Shown here in pieces: positions 16,730 through 30,695 of a stretch of 64,000 bases of DNA. The position numbers and the translations under genes were made by a program. Every line of letters starts with the position of its first letter. The first letter of the stretch is position 1. The notes below the pieces were generated by a model. The model saw only the letters and a program-made list of their open reading frames with translations, had not been told where the DNA came from and ran no database searches. This DNA is from the human T2T-CHM13v2.0 reference genome, Homo sapiens: the NCBI RefSeq assembly GCF_009914755.1, contig NC_060926.1, one strand, 5' to 3'.

Positions 16730-17023
16730 CTTTTCTGTTTTGTTATTTTTTTGATACAGGGTCTCACTCTGTCACCTAGGAAGGAATACAGTGGCAGGAA
16801 TACAGCTCACTGCAGCCTCAACCTTCTGGGCCCAAGAGATCCTGCTACCTCATCTTCCCGAGTAGTTGGGATTACAGACACATGCCACCACACCTGGCTG
16901 CTTTTTTTTTTATTGTGTGTAGAGACAGGATCTCCCTATGTCTTGAATTCCTGGGCTCAGTGATCATCCCACCAAGGTCCCACAGAGCGCTGGGATTACA
17001 GATGTAAGGCACCACACCAGGCC
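16730..17023 (-). mobile_element. AluJ-family SINE with a small internal deletion
   Basis: acagggtctcactctgtcacc..gctcactgcagcctcaacc..cctgggctcagtgatc; lacks the usual gcccaggctgg stretch near 16942. Confidence 0.92.
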
Positions 17024-18493
17024 AGATGCCTTTTTAAAAAATAAGTTGCCTATTTTTTTTTACAGTTTCTTTAATGCATTGATTACTCCAAATTATGTAA
17101 TATGTCATAAACAAAGTAGAAGTCTTCTGACTCTCTTATTACATCCTATCCATTGAGCTTATAAATTGAATTATTATATTTCTTTATTTCTAGAAGTTTA
17201 TTTTGGTCATTTTCAAATATTTCTGGTAAATTTTTGTATTTTTTAGTATACGTTTACTTATCTGTATAAACTTGTTTTTGTTCTGTATTTTTAATTGTCT
17301 GATTCTATTGCTTGCTATTTCTAACAACTTTCATGCATGCTGGTTTCTTTGTACGTTTAAGTGTGTGTGTGTGTTCTTGGAACTTCATCTGTAGAAAACA
17401 TTTGGGTCCTGTGTTTAAAGTAGAATGTGTTCCTTCAGAGAAGATCAGTGTTTGCTTCTGCCAGGTGTCTGAGGTCATTAACAGCCTGAGACATTTTCTA
17501 GCTCAAATTCTACAATTATGTTTTGCTTTGGTTCATTTTTTAATCACACAGGAATACAAATTCATGCTCCAACTTACAGCAGTACAAATTCGAAGTTAAG
17601 AATTATCAGGAGAGACTTTTTTTTTTTTGCCTCAGAGCCAAGGCTAAAACAGGCATGTTCTTTACTCTCTCTTTTCAAGGGGTATTTTTCTTCCTACTTC
17701 ACTCTCTTAAATATCACTCTTAAATGAGCAAAAATTTTTGAGAGGGTGTCTGGTCTGACCTCGTATCTTCCTTGATTCTTGGGTTAGAGCACCTGACACT
17801 TTCACATGATCCATTTAAACCCATTTACCAGGCTACCAGGGATACCAGAGACTTGTGGGTCAAGTGCCAGTTCCAGAGTCTGCTAATCCTATGGATTTAT
17901 ATTTATTTATGTATCATTTTTAACCTCTGAGGATTTCTTTCTTTTCCTGCCAACTCTGGTATTATAAAATATTTTTTGTATTTGCAGCATTTTAGCTTTG
18001 CTGTGCCTGATTGTGTTTTTCTTAGTATCCAACTCAGAATAATGGAGAAATGAATACATAGTTGGGTATTTTTTTGCATAAGCATGAATTTCTGCTTATT
18101 CAATGACACTTCTTACCTGTAACACCTTTGCAAGATGATTGACCAGATGTTAAAAGGAAAATTTGTGTCTGTGGAACAGAGCTGTTTTCTATAAGAAGTC
18201 AATTTATGTTCTCAGACCCATAGATGGAGCCTGATACAATTTTGACCTCCTACAATGTTGCTTTAACCAATTCAATTAATCAGTCTTTTAAATTTAAATG
18301 ACAAACCAAAAATATTCCATATTATCATAATATATTATTACTTAATTTATTGCAGGACACATTATCCAGACCCTAAAACATAGAATTTATTTCTAATGTA
18401 AGCAATTAGAATTCCTTCAATAATTAGTGCTAATTCTTTGTGGCTGATTAGAACTTCTCTTAGGACCACAATGAAAGGAAAAGGAAAGACTCG

Positions 18494-18507
18494 GTTGCTA
18501 GGGCAGG
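18494..18507. promoter_or_regulatory. Candidate RFX X-box
   Basis: GTTGCTAGGGCAGG: perfect GTTGCTA half-site, degenerate second half; in apparently non-repeat DNA 20 bp before AAG|GTAAAC. Confidence 0.3.
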
Positions 18508-20644
18508 TGAAGCAGAATCACAGAAGGTAAACATCTTGGGGACTATTTTCAGAAGGTGATACATTCTTACAGTGACACCAAGACTGTGACTGAGTATTCA
18601 ACAACTGATTCCTTGGCACACTGTTTGAGATTTTCAATGCATTCTTATTTTTGCTGCAAATATATTAAGGAGATATAAGACAAGTTGCATGCTGAGCTTT
18701 TGACGATGGCTCAATTCAATAATTTTTTTCAAATTTTATTTTACTTAGTTTTAGTTTAAATTCACTTCTCTGAAAATAAATTTGTTTCAGTGAAGGAACT
18801 TGAAAAGTAGATATTGGGATCACATATGCTACATTAAAAGGGTAGTATTCTTTTAACAGCTCTTTGTATAAATTTTGTTCAGTATATGTATTCGTTAATC
18901 AAACCAATTTTAAACTTGTCACCAAATTTTTTATTTTCATATCTTAGTTCAAATGAAATCTTTTTAAAAAAACATCTTTGATGTTACACTTCAAGATGTT
19001 ACACTTAAAGTATAGCATCTTAACACTTAAGTGTAGCTTCTAACATCTAAGATGTTAGAAAAATTAATGCTACACTTTATTTGCAATAATTTTCTTCTAA
19101 TTTTAGAAATCTATTTAGAAAAAGTTCACCAATAATAATAATAATGCATATACAATGTTTAAAAATTGAGAAATGAAAGAACACCATAAAAATTACTCAT
19201 ATTTTTACCATCCAGAGATATTTATTGACATTTGCTTCATTTCTAGTTATTTATTTTAAGTCATTTTTATAAAATTGAGGTATGCTACATATACTGTTTT
19301 ATGTCTAGTTATTTTCACATTAACTCAGCATTCTTCTTGTCATCAGATGTTTTCCCATGACAAATACATCACAGATGTGTTTGTTTTATTTATTTGTTAT
19401 TTATTTCTGTTTTTTAATATTATAAATTATGTTGTGACTTTCCAAAAAATTACTTAATTGTCTTCATTCATTATTATTTTATAAGGTAAATTATTTGAGG
19501 TTTAATAATTGGATAAACAATACTATGCTCATCAAATATTATCAAAATATTTTAATTTTATATACATATATGTGGATGTATATTTTAATATTATATATAG
19601 GATCATTCATTCCCTGATGCCCCATAATATTAAAAGGAATCATGGGTAAGTATTTCTCCTTCATGTTAAATATTAATAAACTCCTTTAGGTTTTTATCAC
19701 CTTGTTTTCCTTCTCCTTTTGTACATTTACTTTACACACAAATTAAAATATCAACGGAGATCTCCCTGTGGAGAAATTGAAATGGTATTTCTTTTATTCA
19801 CCAGACTTGAAACCAAAGCACTTTTCATAATCACTTTTCATCATATTATGGCAGGAGGCATGCAGTGTAGGCTATTACCCAATAACCAGTCAATATTAAT
19901 ATACAAAAAGCTTAGCCGGCCAGCTCAAACCCAACCATAAGAATACTTGAGTTATAAATGATGTATATATAAAATGCAAATACAAGATAAAAACATTGAT
20001 GATACTTTTGCCTAAGATAAATATTAAATTGCAGTCTTCTTCTGTGAACATCTCTAATTTTTTAAAAACTTACAATTTTCCTCATTGCAAATCTCATAAT
20101 GTCCTCTTCATTCACTATACCATTAAAGCATTTTGCAGGGATTAGAGAGGGTGTTTACCAACCAAGCATAAATACTTTAGGTGCAAATTATCAGTAAATT
20201 GGCATCTCCCATATACAGAACTTGTTTACCCATTATATGGCAATGAACCAGAAAATAAGAGGGGAAAAAAGCCATACACACAATCAGAATGGACTTTCCC
20301 TAATCTCATCTTGTCAAATGCATGTATTTTAACAGAGAAGAATTCAGATTCTCACTCAGAGCATCTTTACTATTATTTTAGTTGAAATTCTAACTAGAGT
20401 AGTAATCTTATTTTCAAGCAAGTCACAGATTAGACAAGGCAAATTAGAAGTGCAAGGAGAGGATCAGGACTGGCCAAGAGGTGACTGAGCTCACTAAATG
20501 CATTTCATGTTGGAGTAAACATGCCTCCATGTAGATTTCTGCACAGACCCACTGGTTGGGTACAGTGAAGCTTACACATTAACCCAGAATCATCAAGAAA
20601 ATGTTAAATTACACTCAATTTTTTTCATTTTAAGAGACACAGAA

Positions 20645-20973
<329 letters not shown>

Positions 20974-21496
20974 TCAAAAAGGATTTTATCAAAACTGAAA
21001 TAATTTTAGGCATTTAAAGACCTGCATGGATTTTATTATTAACTTACTATGTATATGTAATAATATCTATTTTTAAATTTTCAACAGAATAGTTAATATT
21101 CATTAATATTAAAAAATTCTGGCTACTTAGTCTTTACCTTAACTATCTTTTACAGATCAGCATTATTAGTGGCTAGAGTACCACAACCAACAATATCAAA
21201 ATAACCTCAGAAGCTAACTCCATTCACCCAAACAGGCAATAGGCCAAATATTCAAACTCATAGGTTTTCCCAAAGTAACCTTACTACATAGGGTACACCA
21301 ATTAACTTCATTCCATGGGAAACATATATTTTATGTTACCTACCATATATTTGTTTCATATATAGCCAATATATCTGTCCATGACAATGTAGTATTATTT
21401 CAGATTGTTATTCTCTAAAATAGAGAACAAGAATTATGCATTTTCAACTCAGCCTATACATTGATGTACATAGATGCATAAGAATAAATTGTTTGC

Positions 21497-21856
<360 letters not shown>

Positions 21857-23034
21857 TCATATTTTTAAATTAATATGGCTTTTCTCCGGTCACTATAGTG
21901 ACATGGTTATTATAAATTCATGCTGTCAAATTTCATCTGTGCCTTTACTGCTTCTCAAAAAGTGTTTTATTCATTCCTTGTTGATTTCCTAGGTTGGATT
22001 CCCAAAGAGAAACTTTCATTTATTTAAGGCTTTTAGTCCCTCCAACTTGCCTTCTTTCATCCTCAACCTCCTCCCAATTTACCTCTTACTTTATTTTTAA
22101 AAGATTATGTCCTTACGCCTTCTGAGCACCAACAGATTTAGCAAACAATATCTTATTTATTTTACAAATCAGAATTTCCTCTGAAAATCCTATTCACTGT
22201 GAATTGCTATTCCCAATGCCTCTACAAAATTAAGACTAACCTATTATCAAATGTAGAAAAAAATATAAACTATTAGTGAGCCCTGCACTGAAAATAAAGG
22301 AGAAAAGAAAAACAATTCTCATTATTAATGCACTCCATGTATTATAGGTCAGAAGTTAATCTGACCTATAATAATATCTATATTTAATCCTCAACAAAAC
22401 CATAAATATTTATCAACATTCCGAAATTCTGGCTATCAACCTAGTTTTTACATTAACTGTTATTCATAGATGAGAGCTATTAGTAGCTCTGATTAATGGA
22501 GCTAGGATCTATATTGGCATCACCGCCACACTCTGAATTAGAAATTCAGCACTTTAGCACTCTGCTTGGTGGACATCAGTTTTCCATGCAGTCAGAGTCT
22601 TGTTGAACTATCACCTTAACTATCTTTAATAGATCAGCATTATTAGTGGCTCAAGTTCTACAATCAACAGTTATTGTTATTACCTCCCATAACATATTGT
22701 TCAGTAACAACCTTCAAGAAGGAAGCAGGCTATATAGCAGCCTGCATGATGCAGTTGCTATATGCAATGCTTTTGAGTCAGAGCAGAACTAGAAGGGATG
22801 CTGAGAGCAGCACAGGTCTGAGATAATGGCTTTTTGAGTTTCTTATCTGAGCTAAGATTCTGAGAGCCAGCAGAGAGGATAGAAATACTCATCTCATTCC
22901 AGCAGAGCCACACTACGGGAAAGCCTACTCAACACTAGGAACCAGAGCTACCGTCTTCCATTTCTCATTGCCAAGCTTTCTCAAAAATATGGTTTGTATC
23001 AATTAACTCTACTCCACCATTTCCTTTAGCTCCA

Positions 23035-23200
23035 TGTGATCTGTCTTTAATCCACATTTGGTTTGCTCTAATAATATCCTCAGCATTTTAACAATGACTT
23101 CCTAACAAACCCAATGGCCTGTTTTTAGGTCTTTTTTTCTGACTTCTCTCAAACATAATTGTTGAAAATTCCTTCCTTGAAATTTTTTCAGCTCTTATTT
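23035..23200 (+). mobile_element. L2 internal fragment
   Basis: caatgacttcctaacaaacccaatggcctgttttt..gacttctctc..ccttccttgaaa resembles L2 ORF2 region. Confidence 0.45.
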
Positions 23201-23279
23201 TTAGTCCCTCTTCATAAGCGTTTTCTAAAGTGTTTTCTTCAAATCAGTGATACAAAAAGAGGAGATTCAAAAGAATACT

Positions 23280-23425
23280 TATGGGCAATTAATTTTGCCA
23301 AACACTGCTCCCCTGGAAGAATCATGGTCCTTATTAACATGTTAAAGTCTCTGTGAAATCTGATAGTAAAAGAAACTTGCATAACTGTGGTTTTCCAAAC
23401 TTTTTGGACTATAGAACTCATTTCG
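23280..23425. mobile_element. hAT-Charlie-type MER fragment
   Basis: aagtctctgtgaaatctgatagtaaaagaaacttg..ttttccaaactttttggactatagaac resembles recalled MER112/113-class elements. Confidence 0.35.
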
Positions 23426-23464
23426 TCACAATAGTTACCTATTTCCTCATTTGTGTTAACATAA

Positions 23465-24172
23465 CATGATAACATGACATACATGTTTATCACATTTTAA
23501 CATTGGGTTGTATCTAACAACCAATGGCATTTTAAAATCACTATTAGCTGGTAACAGTCATGATGTAGTTGTCATTTCCTGTGCATAAACAAACACGATC
23601 ATCACTGTTCATTTTTTCATCATAGCAGCTGAGTAATATGTTTTGTTGGTACTACACATGTCAATTTTAATTGCTATTTAAAATATCTTTAAAAAGAGTA
23701 CACTATAATTTAGTATTTAAACAAAAAACTTATTTTGTAAGCAGAAAAGCATGAAAATAGAATGGGGTATAAAATATTACTGAAGCAAATATTTGTCATT
23801 GGAGAAATAACTGCAATTGCATAATTGTTATTTTTTTTTTTGCTTTTTTTTTTTTTAAAAAAAAAAGCACCAACCAATTGTTTTATGAGACCATAGGAAA
23901 GAACACATACATGAATTGTGTTTTGTTACTGAAAAACAGATACATATTTCCTATGACACATCAAGCAATGTAATTGAAGACTGGAGAAATTGCTCAGTCT
24001 CTCAAAATGGATCAAAGAGTTTCAAGAAATGAGGGTTTAGTCTCATAGGGCTATTGTTATTGTTAAAGCATTGCATTATAATTTAATTGCCAACATACTT
24101 TTAACTTAAAAGCACATAAAGTTATGGTGTATCTTATAATTGATGGTATCTTAGTTTCCTAAAACATGGTAT
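23465..24172 (+). mobile_element. Tigger13a-like TcMar DNA transposon fossil
   Basis: cagtcatgatgtagttgtcatt..ttgttggtactacacatg..tgaagcaaatatttgtcattggag..caagcaatgtaattgaagactggagaaattgc..atggtgtatcttataattgatggtatcttag follows the recalled consensus co-linearly. Confidence 0.8.
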
Positions 24173-24577
24173 GAACATGCTGTAAAACTAGTATTTTTCA
24201 TTTATGAAATGCTGCTGTAATTATCTTTATATTCTAACCATTGTCCAGTTTATATTCTTTCTACCCCTTCTCCTGGACATGTATGCCCCCTGCCAGCCCC
24301 CTGCCATATGATTTAGTCATTATCTTGCTTTACTTTTTCTATAAACACAATGACTAGATCTCGTCTGTCTTTCCAAGTTGAGTCTATGGGATAATGTTCT
24401 CCCAGGTACCCAAATGTAAGGTATCAATCATGGAGGCAAAAGTGCCAAGGTCAAACTCAATATTCCAAAAGAAACCATCTCAAATTCATAACAGTCTAGA
24501 CCCTCTTTGTAGGTTTCACATCCTCCTACAGAATAGGATTCCACCATTGGAGAAGAACACTAAAGCTTCCTAAGTGA

Positions 24578-24958
<381 letters not shown>

Positions 24959-25159
24959 GATCATGGGCCTTTAAGTGCTAAAATGTGTCTTCTGATGGGT
25001 GAGACAAATCAAATAACAAAAATTTAAACCTCTAAATTTCAAAGAGAAGTCTTTGTGAAGGTACTGCTGTCAAGCCCACTTCTCCTCCTGTCTGTAGCCA
25101 TGACATTCCTTGATTCCGACCTGGGAGAATGTGACCAAAGGAAATAAGGGAAAAGGGAT

Positions 25160-25332
25160 AATAATAACTAATATTATAGCAGGTTCCCACATATCTCAGT
25201 TTATCTATATAGCGCATACTGCTATGAGAGTTATTAATACACACATGCTATAGATGAAAAACATCTGGAAAGTTGACATTTTTCAAGAATCTTAAAGCTA
25301 TTAAGAAATTCAGTTAGGGCTCTAAACTTGAT
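25160..25332 (-). mobile_element. Degenerate MIR
   Basis: ataataactaatattata..ctatgagagttatt..tatagatgaaaaac pattern. Confidence 0.4.
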
Positions 25333-26289
25333 ACCCTTTGAGCAGAACACACACTGGATTTTTTAATAGCAATCATTCCAGGAGATATTGAATCTGTGCC
25401 TAAACACTTCCCGTGATAGAATAAAAAATTCCTTTCTCAAGGCACCTCAGTTCATCTTTGGACAGGTCATAACCTACATAGAAACTTGATTTTCAGGAGC
25501 CCTGAGAATTAAATAGGTAAGGTAAGTGTGCAAAGGGAGAAAACTGGGAGGGAAGTGTAAAAAACTGACCCAGCTACAACGTATCCATCTGAGTACATGG
25601 TCAGCTTGTCTAATTTGTCTAATTGCCAAAGATGGGGCATACTTTACGTACTTTGGCCTACCCGTAATATAGAAGAAATTCTGATCCAGACAGTGGTTAT
25701 CTAGCAGCTGAAGTAGGAGCAGCAGCCTTCATTTGCTGTCCAGCATCCTGGATCAAGGCATCCTTGCATGGTCAAGTCTGATTCCATAGTTAAGAGTACA
25801 GAGGTGTGAAGGTCACTCCCTATGTGAGGTCACTCCTGGAGAAGATACTAGAGAGGCTGAAAGGTGGGAGAGGAAAGAACTAGGCAATCTCGAGAATCTA
25901 ACCAAATGGCTGAAGTTCAAAATAGCACAGGTATCAGCAAAAGACAATAAACCACATCAGCAGATTAGATATAAGATCTGGGCCAACCCTGTAGGGATTG
26001 AGGAAATGTAACCATGGAAGACACTGTGGACTGAGGCTAAGGCAAGACTTTACCAACAAGTGGGCTCACCTAGGCCAGAACTGCCTCATGAATGAAGCCT
26101 GGCAAACTAAACTTCATGAACTGACCAGGAGTGAGCCTGTGTGGAGATAGCATCGCTGATGACTGAGAAAGGATATGAGTAAGATGCCTTATTCACTGCT
26201 AAAACCCCAGAACGTAAGACAAGATCTAGTCCCCAGTATGGGTTCAATGAACATTTTTTGCTTACCTAATGGATATAAAATTTATAGCT

Positions 26290-26410
26290 AATGTTCACTG
26301 AAAAACATATAAAAGAAGAATAAAATGCTACATAACAATGAATATGAACAAACTATGCAACAGCAAGGCTAAATCTCCCTGAAATAATGTTGAGCAAAAG
26401 AAGCATGAGA
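26290..26410 (+). mobile_element. L1ME 3' region, left half (host of the L1MA insertion)
   Basis: atgcaacagcaaggctaaatctccctgaaataatgttgagcaaaagaagc continues co-linearly at 32763. Confidence 0.7.
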
Positions 26411-26600
26411 GATGGTGGAGCAAGATGGTGAAATAGAAGGTTTTACTGATTCTCCCATCTGCAAGGACACCAAGTTAACAACTATCTACACAGAAGAAGC
26501 ACCTTTATAAGGACCAAAAATCAGGTAAGCACTCATAGTACCTGCTTTTAACTTCATACCATTGAAAAAGGTACTGAAGAGATAGAAAAACAGTCCTGAA

Positions 26601-26811
26601 CCTTCTTCTAATGGTGGCAGGAGAAAGAAGGGGGAAGTGCCACACACTTTTAAACCATCAGATCACATGAGAACTCACTCACTATCACAAGAACAGCATG
26701 GGGGAGATCCACCCCCATGATCCAATTACCTCCCACCGGGTCCCTCCTCCAACATTGGGAATTACAATTCAAAATGAGATTTGAGTGGGGACACAGAGCC
26801 AAACCATATCA
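26601..26811 (-). mobile_element. Half of an MSTA/THE1D MaLR LTR inside the L1MA
   Basis: Aligns with the second half of the LTR at 7085-7308 (aaccatcagatc..ctcactcactatca..gggacacagagccaaaccatatca); other half missing. Confidence 0.92.
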
Positions 26812-29800
26812 GACAGAGAATTCAAAACAGCTGTGCTGAGGAAACTCAAAATAGTGCAGAGAAGAAATTCAGAAATATACCAGATAAATTAAATGAAGAG
26901 ACAGAAATAATTAAAAAGAATCAAAAAGAAATTGAGGAACTGAAAAATGCAATTGTCATACTGAAGAAAATATCAGAGTCCTTTAATAGCAGAATTGAAG
27001 AAATAGCAGAATTGAAGAAAGAGTTAGTGAGCTTGAAGACAGGCTGTTTGACAATACAAAATCAGAGGAGACAAAAGAGAAAAGAATAAAAAACAGTGAA
27101 ATGTACCTACAGGATGTAGACAAATAGACTCAAAATAGCAAATCTAAGAGATATTGGCCTTAAAGAGGCAGCAGAGAAAGACGCTGAGGTAGAAAGTTTA
27201 TTCAAAGGGATAATAACAGAGCACTTCCCAAACCTAGAGAAAGATATCAATATCCAACTACAAGAAGGTTCTAGAACACCAAGTAGATTTAACCCAGAGA
27301 AGACTACCTCAAGGCATTTAGTAATTAAATTTCCAAACGTCACAGATAAAGAAAGGATCCTAAAAGTAGCAAGAGAAAAGAAACAAATAACGTATTAATG
27401 CAATGGAGCTCCAATATGTCTGGCAGCAGACTTTTCAGTGGAAACATTACAGGTCAAGAGAGAGTGACATGACATATTTAAAGTGCTAACAGAAACAAAA
27501 TCCTTTACCCTAGAATAGTATATAGGGTGAAAGTATCTGTCAAATATGAAGGAGAAATAAAGACTCCCAGATAAACAAAAGCTAAGGTATTTCATCAATA
27601 CCAGACCTGTCCTACAAGAAATGCTAAAGGGAGTGCTTCAGCCAGAAAGAAAATGACATTAATGAGGAATAAATGATCATCAAGGTACAAAACTCACTGG
27701 TAATTGTAAGCCCACAGAAAAACACAGACTATTATAACCCTGTAGCTGTGATATGCACACTATTCTCATCATAAGTAGAAAGACTGAACAATAAACCAAT
27801 CAAAAATAACAACTACAACTTTTCAAGACATAGTCAGTACAATAAGATATAAAAAGAAAAACAAAAAAGTTAAAAAGTAGACGGATAAAGTTAAAATGTA
27901 GAGTTTTTATTAGTTTTCTTTTTGCTTGTTTGTTTGTTTATGCAAATAGTGTTAAGTTGTTATCAGGTTAAAACAGTGGGTTTAAAGATAGTGTTTGCAA
28001 GCCTCATGGTAACCTCAAACCAAAAAAAAACATACAATGAATACACAAAAAATAAAAAAGCAAGAAACTAAGTCATATTACTAAAGAAAAATCACCTTCA
28101 TTAGAGGAAGACAAGAAGGAAAGAAAGAAGGAAAAAAAGACTACAAAACAACCAGAAAACAACAAAATGGCAGGAGTACGTCCTTACTTATCAATAATAA
28201 CATTGAATGTAAATGGACTAATTCTTCAATCAAAAGACATAGATTGGCAGAAAGGATGAAAAAACAAGACCCATTAATCTGTTGCCTGCAAGAAACACAC
28301 TTCACCTATAAAGACACACATAGACTGAAAATAAAGGGATAGAAAAAGATATTCCATACCAATAGAAACCAAAGAAGAGCAGTAGTTATTATACTTATAT
28401 CAGACAAAATAGATTTCAATACTGAAACTATAAGAAGAGACAAAGAAGGTCATGGTATAATTGTTTTAGGTTTTTCCAAACATAAGATCATTTAGGAAAA
28501 ACCTAAAGACTCCACAAGACAACTATTAGAACTGATAAACAAATTCAGGAAACTTTCAGGATACAAAATCAACATAAAAAAATCAGTAGCAGATATAATG
28601 ATAAAGGGTCAATTCAGCAAGAGGATATAACAATTTTGAATATATATGAACCAAAAACTGGAGAACCCAGATATATAAGGGAAATATTAGATCTAAAGAA
28701 AGAGATAGGCCCCAATACACTAATAGCTAGAGACTTCAACATTCCACTTTCAGTATTGGACAGATCATCCAGATGGAAAATCAACAAAGAAACATCAGAC
28801 TTAATCTACACTACAGACCAAAGCAATCTAATAGGTATTTATAGAACATTACATCCAACAGCTGCAGAATACACTTTCTTTTCCTCCGCACATGGATCAC
28901 TCTCAAGGATAGACCACATGTTAGGTCACAAAACAAGTCTTAAAACATTCAATTAAACTGAAATAATATCAAGCATCTTCTCCGATCACAATAGAATAAA
29001 ACTGGAAATCAGTAACATGAGAAGTTTTGGAAACTTCAAATACAATACATGGAATACACACAAATACATGGAAATTAAACAATATGCTCCTGAATGACCA
29101 GTGAGTCAATAAAGAAATTAAGAAGAAAATTGAAAATTTTCTTGAAACAAATGATAATGGAAACATAACATACCAAAACCTATGGGATACAGAAAAAGCG
29201 GTACTAAGAGTGAAGTTTACAGCTATAAGTGCCTACACCAAAAAAAAAAAAAGAAAGAAAAACTTCAAATGAAAAATCTAATGATGCATCTTAAAGAACT
29301 AGAAAAGCAAGAGCAAACTAAACCCAAAATTAGTAGAAGAAAAGAAATAATAAAGAGCAGAGGAGAAATTTTAAAAATGAAATGAAAAAATACAAAAAAT
29401 CAATGAAACAAAAAGTTGGTTTTCTAAAAAGTTAAACAAAATCGACAAATCTTTAGCCAGACTAAGCAAAATAGAGAGAAAATTCAAATAAATAAAATCA
29501 GAAATGAAAAAGGAGACATTACAACTGATACTGAAGAAATGTAACAGATAATCAGTGACTACTATGTGCAACTATATGCCAATAAATTGGAAAATCTAGA
29601 AGAAATAGACAAATTCTGAGATACATATAACCGACCAAGATAGAACCAGGAAGAAATCCAAAACTTAAACAGACCAATAACAAGTTACAAGATCAAAGCT
29701 ATAATAAAAAGTCTCCCAGTAAAGAAAAGTCCAGGACCTGATGGCTTCACTGCTGAATTCTGCCAAACATTTAAAGAACTCATACCAATCCTACTCAAAC

Positions 29801-30165
29801 TATTCTGAAAAATAGAGGAGGAAATAATACTTCCAAGCTCATTCTATGAGGCCAGTATTACCCTGATACCAAAACCAGACAAAGACACATCAAAAAAAGA
29901 AAACTACAGGCCAGTATCTCTCATGGATATTGATGCAAAAATTCTCAACAAAAGACTATCAAACTGAATTCAATAATAATTAGAAAGATAATTCATCGTG
30001 AACAAGTAGAATTTATCCCTGGGATGCAAGATGTTACAACATATGCAAATCAATCAGTGTGATACATCATATAAACAGAATGAAGGACAAAAACCATATG
30101 ATTATTTCAGTTGATGCTGAAAAAGCATTTGATAAAATTCAGCATCCCTTTATGATAAAAAACTT

Positions 30166-30695
<530 letters not shown>

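Noticed and set aside
23841-23869. Palindrome TGC-T13-A10-GCA inside the Tigger fossil
   Set aside because: Explained by homopolymer expansion; low complexity
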